Shown piece by piece: positions 51,701 through 63,772 of a DNA stretch of 64,000 nt. The notes below the pieces were generated by a model that made no database searches, was not told the origin of the DNA, and worked only from the letters and a program-made list of their open reading frames with translations. The position numbers were made by a program, and so were the translations under genes. Position 1 is the first letter of the stretch. Every line of letters starts with the position of its first letter. Origin of the DNA: Callorhinchus milii (taxonomy: Eukaryota); NCBI RefSeq assembly GCF_018977255.1, contig NW_024704742.1, positions 43,836,001-43,900,000 of the forward strand, read 5' to 3'.

Positions 51701-54700
51701 ACTGTAAAATAAAATACTGAAACAAATGAAATACTCGCAGGAATATGTGCAAAACAGAAAGAGAGAGAACAAAAAAGGCTGAAATCAGTTCCATGAGTCA
51801 TCAAGTCTCTATAATCCAAAGACAAACATATACTACAATAGGCAAACAAATGGTGCACTAATTTTCTAATATTTTACCTCACCTAGAATCTTTCAACAAC
51901 TTCAATTTTGCATATTGGGTTGACTTATTCCAGGGATGTTAATCAAACGTTCTGTGGATCTGACCCCACCCATGTGACAAGTAGAACAAAAATACCTGCT
52001 GACCCAAGGTTGAAATTGAAGAGAAAAAAATGACAGAAAGAGAGAGAAAAGGTGGCTCCACTGGCTCCCCATCCCCCAGAGAATTAAATTCAAGATCTTT
52101 GTCCTCACTTTCAAGGCCATCCATGGCCTCGCCCCCTCCTACCTCTCTGACCTGCTGACTCCCTACCAACCTGCCCGCTCCTTCCATTTAGTGGGCTCCG
52201 GTCTGCTCCATGTGTCCCGCCCGACACTCCCTACCATCGGTGGCCGGGCTTTCAGCCTCTCTGCCCCCACACTCTGGAACTCCATCCCACACTTCCTCGC
52301 CTCGCTTCCTCCCTCGCATCCTTCAAAGACGGTCTCAAGACCCTCCTCTTCAATTGTGCCTTCACTCGCCCTCCCACCTCTGCCTTCCCTCACCCCTACA
52401 CCACCCCTCCCCCATGCTCGGGTCCCGACAACTGACTGTTCAGCGTTTTGGGACGTCCTCCCGACATGAAAGGCGCTCTATAAATGTTATTTTGTTGTTG
52501 TCTGAGAAATAGTGTCAGACAGAGAGAGAGGAAGAGCAGAGTATTACAGTGATAGTGAACAACTTTTACTCAGCAAGGTGGCCAATTTCTAGTTTGCATG
52601 CCACCCAATTATCTGCATGTTTGCTTGTCTGCAGTGTGTCCGCTGCAGATAATCAGAATGATGTGGACTGTAGGCTGATGGTACCTGGCAGCCCAGGAAT
52701 AACTTAGTTGTTTGGGTCTATAAACTCAAAACCTGTTTATAAGGAAGCACGCAGAAAGGCTCCCACATTGCCAGCTACTGCTGTCACTTCCTGTATGTTG
52801 CAAAGTGATGTTAGCAGCGATTCCAGTGACACCAGGAGTGGTCATTTTCAGAAAATGTTTCAGCAGTGGACAATCTTTACAGAAAGCCAATCTATCTGGC
52901 CCTGTAATTCATGCTTCTCTGCTCTAGGCCCTTAAAGCTAAATTGAGTTTGACGCTCCATTAAGACATTCAATGTACATATTTTTAGGAAACCATTGCTT
53001 CTTCCAACATAATATCTCAATTACTGGAGAGAGCATCGATTTGTATTTAACAAGCTCATTAATATAAGTCACACCACCCAAAGATAGTTGCAAACATTAG
53101 TTTGACTCAAACCACATGAAATGACGTGCAACCTTCTGCCACATGTGCCTCTTTCAGTTAAAAATATTATTTTGTGGGCTTAATTGATCCCTGGACTATA
53201 CGTGTATGTCACTATTCTATTAGACATGATGAATAGTTACCCATGTTTAATAGTTAGCTTTTTTGCATTGTTACTGTGAACTGGTACTTTCTGTGGAATG
53301 CCTCATTTTTTTCCTGTTCACTCCTGGGGGATAATTGTTAAGTGCCAATTTGCTAAATATATCAAGTGGACATGGTATTTTCTGTTCCATTCCAGAATGA
53401 TTTATTTATTTTCTTATTGGTGCCCATTTTAACAGGTATAATATTCAGCCATCTTTTAGGACTGACACACATATTTTCTTTTTGTACAGATTGCCAAAAG
53501 AAGTCATTCAAAATATTTTCTTGAGAAACTATTCTCAGACGTTAAACTCTAGATCAACCCATATACCACATGTCACGTAGCATTATAATCAAGAGATTAA
53601 TCTTACCAAATCACATCATAAACACATTCAGTTCCACTGGTCTATTTTAAATAAAAAGTGACCATTACTCACCTTTGTAAATGACTAATGACCAGTTTCT
53701 GAATAGTGGAATAGGACGATTCTATGGACTGGCCCAGTTTCTTTAGACCCTGTCAATTGTGAACAAACAAAATGTCTTTAATCAACACTGCAAACATTTA
53801 GAGATCACTATTTAGGAATTACAGCAAAGAAATGAAACTGTTGTCACTGCTATTTGTATTGATATACTCAAAATCAGTAGAAGATTCTCTTGAGAGCATT
53901 TCAGCACATTCTATATTGATATATTTTGACTTACCTTAACTGTTAACTGGTTCATCAACAAAGACTGGAGCTCTGGACTGTAAAAAGAAACACAGTGGTT
54001 ACAACAGGCAAATACTGATTACCTGCCCAGATCTTTGTACTGTGTTACTTCATATCAATACAATCTGCTCAATTGCATCTAGATAATTCAATTTCACAAT
54101 GGAAGCTCATCGGTACTTTTGCAATGGTCTCTTCTAGGTCCTTTTTAGTATAAGTATAATATGCTTCAATCACATGTATGGAGACTGTAGACACTGAGTT
54201 AATTCATGAAGACACCAACTTGCTGACGTAAACATACTTTAATGAACCAAACCTCCATGTAGAGAAATAATGAAACATTTATCCAATCACATGCTTCATC
54301 ATGATTCTGTTCCTTGTGCATCCAAGTACAACATTAATGTGACTAACAATCAAATTACACTGAACATTTAGTTTTACCTCATTATGAATGTATAACATCC
54401 TTGAAGTAATTTAGCTGGCCACACGTACCTTGCTTTACCCCACATTAGTAGTTGCATGAATTCTTCTTGCACTGAAGTTTTTGTATTTTTTTCCTAAAAT
54501 AAAGATGATAAAATTTAAAATTATATATTTTCCATTTGCAACACACAATTTAATACCAGTGATAATTGTTTTCCTCCTGGGAAAAAAATCCTCAATTCTC
54601 AACTCTTTTTAATGGAATTGGTGTGTACGACATGATTACAAAGCAAACCAAATAAAATGTTCAACTACAGTAGAATGCTGTATCCACATGCTGAATACCT

Positions 54701-57700
54701 GTGTAAGTAAAGTCAGGCTGCAATGTCTGAAACTATGTTCAAATTTGTGCACATGAGGTATCCAGGATAGCAATTTAATGGAGTGACATGAACTGGCGAG
54801 TCAAAGTGGAAAGATTCTACTAAAGGACAAGATAAGACAGACAGGTACACAGAGAAAGTTAGAGAAGCACAAACACTCACACACACATACAAACCCAGAG
54901 ATCCATTATCTTCATGATTTCATATCCATAATGGGACCAGTCTATATTAGTGAGGATGTAGGACTCTCTAATGAATTAATGCCCAAGCATTTCAAATCTT
55001 AGTAATAGGGAGAATGCTGGGCATGAGCAAGGCTATTGAAAACAATTAGGTTGACTATAATGAAGGTTAACAATTTCTTCTTCATAAGAATATAACAAAG
55101 CAACCAACAAAATAGAGAGGATTTGATGTTAAAGTCTGTCTTAAGGACTAATATATCATCAAGGATGTTACATGTTCCATAAAGATTAAATGACATGGCT
55201 GTGACAGCAAGAGGAGTCTAGAACAACAGTCCGTGAGGAATTCACATCTTGGGTGGATGAAATTTCTTGCAGTGCTTTATAATATTTTAAAGATTGAGAT
55301 CTTATGGTAATACATGAATTAATTATGTCATTATCTAAAGTTTCATTGCTATATGAAATGAACAACTGGAGTGTTGTAGCTCAGTGAGTTAGAGTACTCG
55401 CTTTGCAAGCAAGACACCTGGGTTCGATTCCCGGCAGGGTGAAACCTTGGGCAAGTTTCCTTACTCCACACGCCTAATAATAATCCCTCAAGAAAAAAAA
55501 ACAGTAATAAATTGGTTACTTCAATCCACGACTGTTTGTGGGACACTGCTGTGTGCAATTGGTTGCCGCATTTCGCCCACAATTATCCAGTGAATTCACT
55601 TTACAGTGAAGCGCTTTGAGACGTCTAGAAGACGTGAAAAGCGCTATATCAAATGCAAGGATTGTTATTATTATTAACTGTCCAGATGTTGACAGATTGT
55701 TCCAATTGGTTTAGTGTACCAGGTTTATACACACACACCAGAGAAATAAAGGTTGGATTTTCAAGAAATTAAATAATCTCAAGAAAATAGAAATATGAGA
55801 ATTTTAAATGACATCCAAATGTCAAATACATTATGAAGGTCTATTTGGAGATCCTATATCTAACTGATGATTACTAAAATCGCTAGTATGCAACATTTTT
55901 AATTATAAAGTTATGATTCTCAAAAAGACCATAAGTATAAGTAAGTTAAAAGTACAAAACTAAGATCCCATCACAGTGCTGTATGTTAAGATATAATTTA
56001 ACAGACATTTTGCCAGCTCTCTTGCACAAATCTCAATGACAGAGTTGTTTAATAGAATTTTAGCTTAGAAGGGATGATTAAAAGTAAGATTTATCACTAA
56101 ACAAATGGAGCTCGGTTTGAGTTCAAGGTGAAACAAAATGTAAATACAATTGGACTTCTGCAAGGCCAAGACTTTTTGGAAGCATTACGGCCCTTTCAGT
56201 AACTAAAGCACCTGTTGACCTTTCCTAAAAAACATTTTGCCATAATTAAAGACTGTTCTTGGACAGTGAACTCAACAGGTGAGTCAAAGTTAGAAGCTTA
56301 GGAATTCACAACTGCAATAAAAATGGAATATGTAATCATGCGTGTTAGTTAATGGGTAGACTTCAAGATCCTCACTCTCGTGTTCATATCCATCCACTCA
56401 CTGCTACCTCCCTACCTCTCCGACCTCCTCACTCCCCAATCCAGCACTCGGTGCCTCCGCTCGACTGGCACCAGCCTCCTGCTCATCCTTCGCACCCTCC
56501 GCCCCACCATCAGAGGTCGAGTTTTCGGCCTCTGGAACTCTGGATCGCTCTCCCTTAATCCTTTGCCCCCGCCTTGCCCCCTCTCTCCCCTCTTGGCCGC
56601 CTTGCCTCCCCTCTCCCCTCTTTCAACTCCTGCCTGAAAACCTTCCTCTTCGACTGTGCTTACGGTCACCTCCCCCACTCCCCCCGGCTTGGAGTCAGGC
56701 TTTGCCACTGTTCAGTGCTCAGTTCAAATACAATACATTCTGTTGCTTGATAGATCGGTATTGTATTTATTTAGTTTTTTTTAAAAGGTATAAACATGCC
56801 TATATTACATGGTCATTTTGTATCATGTAATATAGGCATGTTTATGCCTTTTAAAATGTATATAGCTCTCATGTCAGGAGAACATCTCAAAGCGCTTAAC
56901 AATGTTGGATAGGCACTAGAGAGGGGGAGGCTGCTGAGTGGGGTGTGGAGAGGAAAGATGTGGTCGAAGAGGCATGATTTGAAACATGTTTTGAAAGAGA
57001 GGGAAAGGGCAAAAGCGGACAAATGTTCATCAGAATGTGGATAAGGGAAATTAGTTAAGTTGAGTGAATTTAGGAATTATTCTCTTTTTCTTTGCCCAAC
57101 CAGGTGTCTGACGCATGCAGAAACCCATCACCGTGCTTAAGAGTATCCAAACCAAACTGAGATTTCCATGCATCCCACCTACATATGAAAACCCAGGTCC
57201 TGCCAATGAGCCCAGGCTGTCTGTGCTGTCATCAGCAGTGCCCTAGAATACTGTGGACCATCCTGGCTCAGGAACCGGACTACTGAGACCACCGAGGGCT
57301 GGCTTGATTCTGACATTCCATTGCCAGGCATGTCACCTTGGAGCCAGTTCAGCTCCAAAGAGAGATCATTTACTCCCCACCAAGGAGGATAGTCACTAGT
57401 TGGTTGCTCGACATCTGACAAGCGTGGGTTCGGCTATCACTAGGTGGATAGTAGGTAACAAGAACTCCCTGCGAGTTTTCCGGTAGGCGACACATCTCAG
57501 CATGAAATAGGTGAGAGCATTGCCACCATCTTCCTGTCCGCAGTTCTTAGCCAGCATCTCACAAGCACTAACAGGGTATCTTTGAATTAATTTCACATAC
57601 TGCATAAAGCTCACAAGCAGAAAATGGGTCCTCTTGTCATATCATTTTACAACAAGTGGACCCAACCACAAAACTAGTAAAGCTTGAAGTGCATTACCTC

Positions 57701-60700
57701 AATTAGTTGTTTTACACCCAAGACCATAAAATGACCATGTAATATAGGTATGATTATGCCTTTTAAAAAAAACTAAATAAATGCAGTACCTATCTATCAA
57801 GTAACAGAACAATTGTACGCAATTATCGTGCATGGGACAGCCAAAGTGACTACATAAAATTTATTGCAATCTTTGCCCCCGGAAAAGCAATCGGCCGATC
57901 GACTAACAGATGGGTTCCTTCTTACTGCAAGGTGAACAGAGCAGTGTGCTGTAAGGAAACTTGCCTAAGATTTTACCCTGCCCAGTAATTGAACCCGGGA
58001 CCTCTCGCTTGCGAGGTGAGTGCTCTAACCAATACGTTACAAGACTCCACAAAAATACATTTACCCAGAATATATTTGCAATCAGCACCAACCTGTACAA
58101 ACGTAGTCAGTCTTAGATCCATCTGCATTAAAATATCCTCCCATGCTTCACACATACAAGCCAAAGACAGCTTTTGGTACTGCGAATAAAACAAAATGTA
58201 TCAATATGAGCAATTTTCACCATAATAAAATGGTATACTGATAATGTCCAATATCATTGAAATTCTATCCCAATATCCTTTGCCTGACTGCTTCTCTTCT
58301 CAACTTCAAAATCTTTCTAAACCATGTCTCTCTGATCACACCTTTGATCAACATCCTCATTTGTCAAACACTTAAAGAGACATGCCTTCACCTGAAGGGC
58401 ACCACATAAATGTGTTATTCTCAATTAAACTGCTGCTACAGTTAATCTTATGGAGTGACAAGGACTTAATTGTTCTATAAACCCTGCATTTACATTTGTT
58501 TCTTGGAACAAGATGGGTGATCTAGCCCAGGAACCATACCAAATTCCATCCGTTCCCCCAATAACCAGCTCTCTATGGTGTGATTTGACATTGATAAAAC
58601 AGACTCTCTGTTGAGATGAACTACAGGCACAAAGCAGGCATAAAGAGTTTCAGTACAGCACAGGTCCATTTAGAGCCAGGGTGTACCACGGACCCACAAC
58701 AGTACAGCAGCGGGGTCCATGGTACAGTGCTGACTGGTTGGCTTCCTGTGCATAGAGGCCTCCTGGTGACTTGTAATTTCCCAGCAATTGCTGGAAATGC
58801 TCTCGAGAGTGTTTTCAGCTTCCTACACACAGGAAGTTACAACAGCAGCGACCTAACGATCCGGAATTGCTGACTGGTGGCCATTTTTATAGTACACTCC
58901 GTTCTAACACGATGTCTAATTTGTAGCCCACAAAGCACCATTTTAAAACAGGGTGCAACTGGGTGCCAGCGCCTTGGGACATCCTCCCAACGTGAAAGGC
59001 GCTATACTAATGTAATTTTGTATTGTATTTCTTTAGCATTTACTGCAACTTGGCTTGAAAGATTATTTTGGCAGATACTTCAGCCATTCACAGTTTTAGT
59101 AAACAGATCAAAGTTTTGACTTGTTTCAAGTGTGACATCAAGTTTTCTGGCAGCTCCTTGAGATAATAATCTTTCAGTGAATCCAGCAGAGCAACTGCTA
59201 CTTAATTCATCAATTAAGTTGTTTGCTAAATAGAATCATATTTCCCAGCAAACAAAACATTTTTTTTAACAAAGATAAATTATTTTCATTTCTTAATACA
59301 AAAAATTAGATATCAATTTTTGAATATGTTTTGCACTCGAGACACTTTTAACTCACGGTGCAAATACAGTGCTTGCTAACATTTACCACAATACCTGGAG
59401 AAGTGTTGAAATATGAGTAAATTTTCGTGCCATTCGTGTTACTTCAGGTAAACAATTTGACAGCAAAGCAGTGTCCAACTGTGTAAGGCAAACAATTAAG
59501 TTATCATACAAAGAAACAGGACATTTGGTTTCACTTTTACAATTTGGGTTACGCACTTTTTTAATTCTGCAGAATATTCCTGATTGTGACAATGTGCATT
59601 TAACGACAGGTGGAATAAGGATGGATATTGACCCTAAAATTGTATTGGAACATTGAACAGCATTGTTGAATCTAAAGCAAAGCTCTAGAAACACTCATTA
59701 ATTGGACATCTTCATTATTCTGGCACTGTAGGTGTAACATCCAGTCATTGCAAGATTATCATTAACATTCGACAATCTGTACATTAGAACAATTATATAT
59801 GGTCAAGGCAGCCAGTTAAATACACATTTTCAACTAACATGAGAAATCTTACCTGAAAATAGGTGATGGTTGGCTCAGTTTCTGTGGAAAGTTGAATTTT
59901 TGTGATTACGCACAAAGATTTCAGGTCACTGGAAAAGCAGAGATCCAGACAGCAGCCTGCAACCTGGAAAATTGTAGACACCACATGATCTTTCCATTCA
60001 AAAAACAAGATATAACTGTTCTCTGAAAGAAAATTTAACCTGTTACGTGTCCATTTCGAATAGAACCATTTTCCCAATGAAGCCAAGACCTTGGAGGAAA
60101 TAGCTGGTTAATGTAGTGAGCTGCTGCAATATTAAGTGTGGACATATTTTAATTACCTCACTTTAAAGTTAATCCAGACGTTGTATCATAATATATTTGG
60201 GCAACAAGATTTCTACAATAAACATATGCACAATAACTATCATTACCTGGGTCACTGTTGCAATCTTGTACATTCCATAGGCATATAATTCAATGAAACC
60301 AGAATCCCCCCCTAGAACAAGGGCATTCAGCCTGCCAGGAAGAAAACAGAAAACATTAAAATTAAATCCCGCTCTTATTATGGCATGAATAAGGTTATTT
60401 TGTATGTTTGTAGCAAATTTTAGGCATTGTTTCATCTAAAAAAAAGTCAGAGGAAATTGATTAAAAATATTTTGATTACATTCTGCTAGTCCAATCTAGG
60501 ACTATCCTACCCACTTTGTCTTGCAGGATTATCAGGAGCTGAGTGAGAAGAATCCCTGCCACCAGTGATCAGTCCCACTGATGTGCGAGGTAGCTGTGCT
60601 GACGTAAGCGGTGCTCTGTAGTACTGTGGACTCGTCTGGCTCAGGAACTGGACCAACACACAGGGCTGGCTCGATTCTGACCTTCCATCGCTAAGCATGT

Positions 60701-60958
60701 CACATTGGAACTACTTCAGTTACACGGAGACCCCACTTAGCTCCCCACAAAGGAAATCATATTTGCTGAGTGAGGAAGAAAGGAAGCTTATACAGTACCT
60801 TTTATCACCTAAAAGCTTTGTGATCTCATCTGACTTTTCTTCACTAAACAAGAAAAAAAGGACGAATTGTCATTTAGTCAATTAACTCTGATTTTTAAAC
60901 ACTCTGAAGACTTATTGGATTCTGAACGTACCTGAAAATCTTTGCAGAAGTACTGTAA
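36516..60958 (-). CDS. ANAPC4: Anaphase-promoting complex subunit 4 (24 coding exons in window; 5' exons beyond window end)
   Basis: Spliced translation matches recalled human APC4 from YSTSAKIFS through LPEVTRMARKFTHIS, MKNFKAFFRWLY and FYDDE to LRHVRVFEMD and an acidic tail; all junctions GT-AG and in phase. Confidence 0.98.
37476..37599 (-). CDS. ANAPC4: ANAPC4 exon
   Basis: LGEQVNQIPVQTVTLENQCRTLENMKAQYIAANGIRKVSCV. Confidence 0.95.
37955..38320 (+). mobile_element. tRNA-derived SINE, full length
   Basis: Same family; followed by an inverted tail fragment at about 38343-38445. Confidence 0.92.
39159..39329 (-). CDS. ANAPC4: ANAPC4 exon
   Basis: QFHFLDVGFYDDEMLTVLLKEQVGGEEKGRILAQLPLSSIYMSEQTEEEFRLDVGK(R). 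Confidence 0.95.
40080..40330. promoter_or_regulatory. CpG-rich promoter-like island inside an ANAPC4 intron
   Basis: CCAAT 40120-40124, TCCCGCC 40146-40152, ACTACAA 40153-40159, GGCGGGA 40178-40184, TGATTGACAG 40248-40257, TGCGCGCGCG 40286-40295. Confidence 0.5.
40916..40993 (-). CDS. ANAPC4: ANAPC4 exon
   Basis: SISNWLLAVEFGDFLCSSRNETKKE(S). Confidence 0.88.
41352..43980 (+). mobile_element. CR1 LINE, ORF2 (endonuclease and RT) with stops and frameshifts
   Basis: [68 protein letters not shown]1-type 3' end ggaccgaatggcctgtatctgtgctgtatattcta. Confidence 0.95.
44160..44545 (+). mobile_element. Old CR1 3' fragment
   Basis: Similar to 43590-43980 (gtatttaagattttg..., gtgtggaat..., caaatggtttctgtactgacaatttctatg). 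Confidence 0.65.
44629..44730 (-). CDS. ANAPC4: ANAPC4 exon
   Basis: WNDKSSNLQYIVFTMHTGMSSRIYIMRRPTDLS(R). Confidence 0.93.
44867..44902 (-). CDS. ANAPC4: ANAPC4 micro-exon
   Basis: EGTVPRFALPS(F), 36 bp, phase 2-2, gtaagt donor. Confidence 0.85.
45155..45216 (-). CDS. ANAPC4: ANAPC4 exon
   Basis: EVIGKSVSQVVYMPLYRLYP(S). Confidence 0.93.
45313..45410 (-). CDS. ANAPC4: ANAPC4 exon
   Basis: (E)SPLLFPYHPKKSLHYVKRRVQEQIDICLQKPS. Confidence 0.95.
45609..45652. repeat. (ACATA)n-like microsatellite
   Basis: aacataacagcataacaacataacataacataacaacataac. Confidence 0.85.
46814..46907 (-). CDS. ANAPC4: ANAPC4 exon
   Basis: YLKDEDDDLVTPPETEGNPWFSFLQNSIHLK. Confidence 0.95.
47045..47172 (+). mobile_element. 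SINE 3' fragment
   Basis: tgcgcaattggctgc...aaatgcaaggattattat. Confidence 0.85.
47482..47538 (-). CDS. ANAPC4: ANAPC4 exon
   Basis: APELYDQKGQYFNVERVGQ. Confidence 0.95.
48138..48453 (+). mobile_element. tRNA-derived SINE, internally deleted subfamily
   Basis: Same family, lacking the segment between ctccacacgcc and taataatccctc. Confidence 0.92.
48478..48534 (-). CDS. ANAPC4: ANAPC4 exon
   Basis: MTHRDVAFVADFLSEHFKE. Confidence 0.95.
49520..49566 (-). CDS. ANAPC4: ANAPC4 exon
   Basis: (A)MLRMSDDHVLPELNK. Confidence 0.95.
49651..49706 (-). CDS. ANAPC4: ANAPC4 exon
   Basis: VIDNSMKNFKAFFRWLYA. Confidence 0.95.
50634..50685 (-). CDS. ANAPC4: ANAPC4 exon
   Basis: (D)AINAVGGFILKANELL(Q). 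Confidence 0.95.
51601..51701 (-). CDS. ANAPC4: ANAPC4 exon
   Basis: GSEALLYHLSELKGMAMWKQKYQPLGLDVSAIE. Confidence 0.95.
52055..52500 (+). mobile_element. L2 3' fragment
   Basis: Near-colinear with 14740-15180, ending (TTG)n. Confidence 0.9.
53673..53749 (-). CDS. ANAPC4: ANAPC4 exon
   Basis: GLKKLGQSIESSYSTIQKLVISHLQ(S). Confidence 0.95.
53935..53977 (-). CDS. ANAPC4: ANAPC4 exon
   Basis: PELQSLLMNQLTVK. Confidence 0.95.
54429..54493 (-). CDS. ANAPC4: ANAPC4 exon
   Basis: EKNTKTSVQEEFMQLLMWGKA(S). Confidence 0.95.
55368..55676 (+). mobile_element. tRNA-derived SINE, internally deleted subfamily
   Basis: Same deletion junction as the 48138 copy. Confidence 0.92.
56358..56720 (+). mobile_element. 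L2 3' fragment
   Basis: gacttcaagatcctcactctc...ctctggaactc...cctcttcgactgtgc. Confidence 0.8.
56738..57809. repeat. About 82-bp inverted repeats (56738-56819 / 57728-57809) plus a 33-bp hairpin (56779-56856)
   Basis: Direct reverse-complement match read by eye. Confidence 0.93.
57100..57650 (-). mobile_element. Same zinc-knuckle retrotransposon family, 3' fragment with UTR
   Basis: KNCGQEDGGNALTYFMLRCVAYRKTRREFLLPTIHLV; UTR also matches 60590-60765 and 50330-50430. Confidence 0.7.
57876..58048 (-). mobile_element. SINE 5' half
   Basis: Reverse complement of the tRNA-like head and central domain. Confidence 0.85.
58093..58179 (-). CDS. ANAPC4: ANAPC4 exon
   Basis: YQKLSLACMCEAWEDILMQMDLRLTTFVQ. 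Confidence 0.95.
59395..59478 (-). CDS. ANAPC4: ANAPC4 exon
   Basis: LDTALLSNCLPEVTRMARKFTHISTLLQ. Confidence 0.95.
59853..59963 (-). CDS. ANAPC4: ANAPC4 exon
   Basis: VAGCCLDLCFSSDLKSLCVITKIQLSTETEPTITYFQ. Confidence 0.95.
60247..60331 (-). CDS. ANAPC4: ANAPC4 exon
   Basis: LNALVLGGDSGFIELYAYGMYKIATVTQ. Confidence 0.95.
60799..60843 (-). CDS. ANAPC4: ANAPC4 exon
   Basis: EEKSDEITKLLGDK(R). Confidence 0.93.
60932..60958 (-). CDS. ANAPC4: ANAPC4 micro-exon
   Basis: YSTSAKIF(S), 27 bp. Confidence 0.9.
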
Positions 60959-62336
60959 CTGAGACAAAGGGAAAAAATTAAGATGCACATGAAAAACACC
61001 ATAAAGCATCTCAATTCAAGTTTTATTAATATTTAACATATCACAATTATAATAATTACTTAAAATAATATAAACAATGGGAGAGGATGTTAATATGAAT
61101 TTCAATTTGCATGATAAATAGGTTACAGGTGAATTAGAAGCAGCATCATACATATAGTGATAGCCATTTTATTAATTCTAATCCAGTTCTATATCACTGA
61201 AGCGCAGCAGGGCTGGTCTGTATACCACTGTATACATAGCAACTAGTCCTATAGTCCTATGTGATGTGGCACTGTGATATGATGAGGTGAGGTCATACTC
61301 ATAACTTTACAAGTTAATTTTAAACATTTATAGATTCAGCAGATCATAGAACTACAAATAAAAAAGACACATTTGTTTTATGACTGAATATGTGACTGGC
61401 GGGTAGCTTTAGCTGCTGGGATTAAGAATTTTTTTTAAAAATACTGCCACTAAATGCAAAGAACCTTTCTTAGTTGGAATGAAATATGAACCACTGGCTA
61501 TTCACAAAATATTTAAAATTAAAATACACCTGAGGCATTAAGCCAGATCATGACATTGAACACAAAAATTCATTCACAGTAACTGATGTATTTGACTTGT
61601 GAGATTTACTCCACTAATAAACAAGATCATAATGGTTATAAGTTGCAACAGCTCCAGTGAATTTAGAACTCATTTGATTCCCATTTTTTAAATTTAGTTT
61701 ATACAATGTTTTTAATTTAGTTCATACAATGGGACACTGAATAATCATACATTTTAATAAGAATACTACTATGATTTTAGAAGTCTCAACTTTTTTTCAC
61801 TTTACAAGCCAACTTCCCACTTTTTAAATTTTAACTTTATTTCTTCTTTGAAGTTTTGTTTAAATAATGTTTCTTTTTCTTATTTAATATTTAAATGCTA
61901 AACATTTTTTTCCTCCGAGTTGCCAAGTTCTTATCAATGTTGGAGCCAGGTACATTGGATCATTAGCAAAATATGGTCTCTTGATTACCCTTTGTAATGG
62001 CTTTCAGCAAACTGTCGAGCCCCAAAAAGGCCATAAAATTGAACTCTGAGCTGATTATATCATTAGGAGATCCAAGTTAAACTTATGACAGTTTTTGTGT
62101 CAACATCAGATGCCCCAATAGATGAAGGAGATAACCTTGAAGGCACACCACAATTAATTCACCTGATGTTTAGTTAACTGTGGATTACCAAGACTAAGAA
62201 AAAATGGTAGCTGCACACAAAGCTACTAAGAATTGAATATTAAACAGAAAATTTGGATACCTTTCAGCAACACCTTAGACTATTGAAGGTCTGCCTGGTT
62301 TTCCAGACTGTGGTTCCTCAATGCAAATCCCACATA

Positions 62337-63772
62337 CAACAACAAAATTACATTTAAAGAGCGCCTTTCACGTCGGGAGGACATCCCAAAGCGCTGAACA
62401 GTCAGGTGTTGGGGCTCGAGCATAGGGGAGGGATGGTGTAGGTGTGAAGGAAGGCAGAGAGGTGGGAGGGATACCAAAGGCACGGTCGAAGGGAAGGGTC
62501 TTGAGACCGGCCTTGAAGGAGGCAAGGGAGGAAGCAAGGTGAAGAGACTGTGGGATGGAGTCCGAGTGTGGAGGCAAAAAGGCTGAAAGCCTGGCCGCCG
62601 ATGGTAGGGTGGGTCGGACCGGAGACCTAGAGCAGGCCGGTGCCCGCTGAATGGAGGGAGCGGGCAGGTTGGTAGGGAGTCACAGGTCAGAGAGGTAGGA
62701 GGGGGCAAGGCCATCCGACAAGGATTTTCAACTCAATCTTCTGGGGGATGGGGAGCCAGTGGAGTTGGGTGAGGGTGGGAGTGATGGGGTCACGGAGCCT
62801 GGTGGGTGACAGTACACAAGCTGCAGAGTTTTGGATGATCTGCAGCTTGTGAAGGGAAGAGTTGGGAAGGCCAATGAGGAGGGAGTTAATCGAGCCTTGA
62901 GGTGACGAATGCATGGGTGAGGGTTTCGGCAGCCTGAGGGGTGAGGCAGTGGCGGAGTCTGGCAATGTTGTGGAAGTGGTGGTAGGCAGTACCGGTCATG
63001 GCGCGGATGTGGGGGAGAAAAGAAAGTTCAGGGTCAAACAAGATACCCAGGTTCCTGACTGGCTTAGTGAGGTTGAGTGTGCAGCCGTGGAGGCTGATAC
63101 TGCCAGTGCGGAGGTGCGGAGACGCTGGTGTGAGCCAATCAGGAGAGCCTTGGTCTTGCTGATGTTGAGTTGGAGAAAGTTGGGCCTCGTCCAGGACTTG
63201 ATGTCGGACAGGCAGGACACCAGTAGTCCTGGAGTTCAGGGTGGAGGCAGAGAGGTAGAGTTGGGTGTCATCCACATACATGTAGAAATTTACCCCATGT
63301 CTGCGGATGATGCCACCAAGGGGGAGCATGTAGAGAGGGTGAAGAGCAGGGGCCCGAGGACAGAGCCCTGAGGAATGCCGCACAAGATGGTGCGGGGGCT
63401 GAAGGAGAAGCCGTTTGCTGAGACGAAGTGGAGGCGGTGTGAAAGTTAGGACCTGAAGCAGTCAAGGACACAACTTTGAAGGTTGAGGTGGGAGGAGAGG
63501 TAGTGGAGGAGGATGAGTGGTCCACGTTGTCAAAGGCAGCGGAGAGGTCGAGGTGGACGAGGAGGTAGAGGGAGCCCTGGTCACTCATGGTCAGGATGTC
63601 ATTTGTGACCGGGACCAGAGCAGTTTCCGTGCTGTGGGCAGCACAGAAACTCGATTGGAGGGGTTCATGGAGGGAGTGAGGGGAGAGGAAAGAACGAAGC
63701 TGGGCAGCAACGGCTCTCTCAAGTTCCTTGGATAGGAAGGGGAGATTTGAGATGGGCCGGTAGCAAGATAGC
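62337..63772 (-). mobile_element. L2-clade LINE 3' half
   Basis: [41 protein letters not shown]; same 3' tail as the 12780-15183 copy. Confidence 0.93.
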
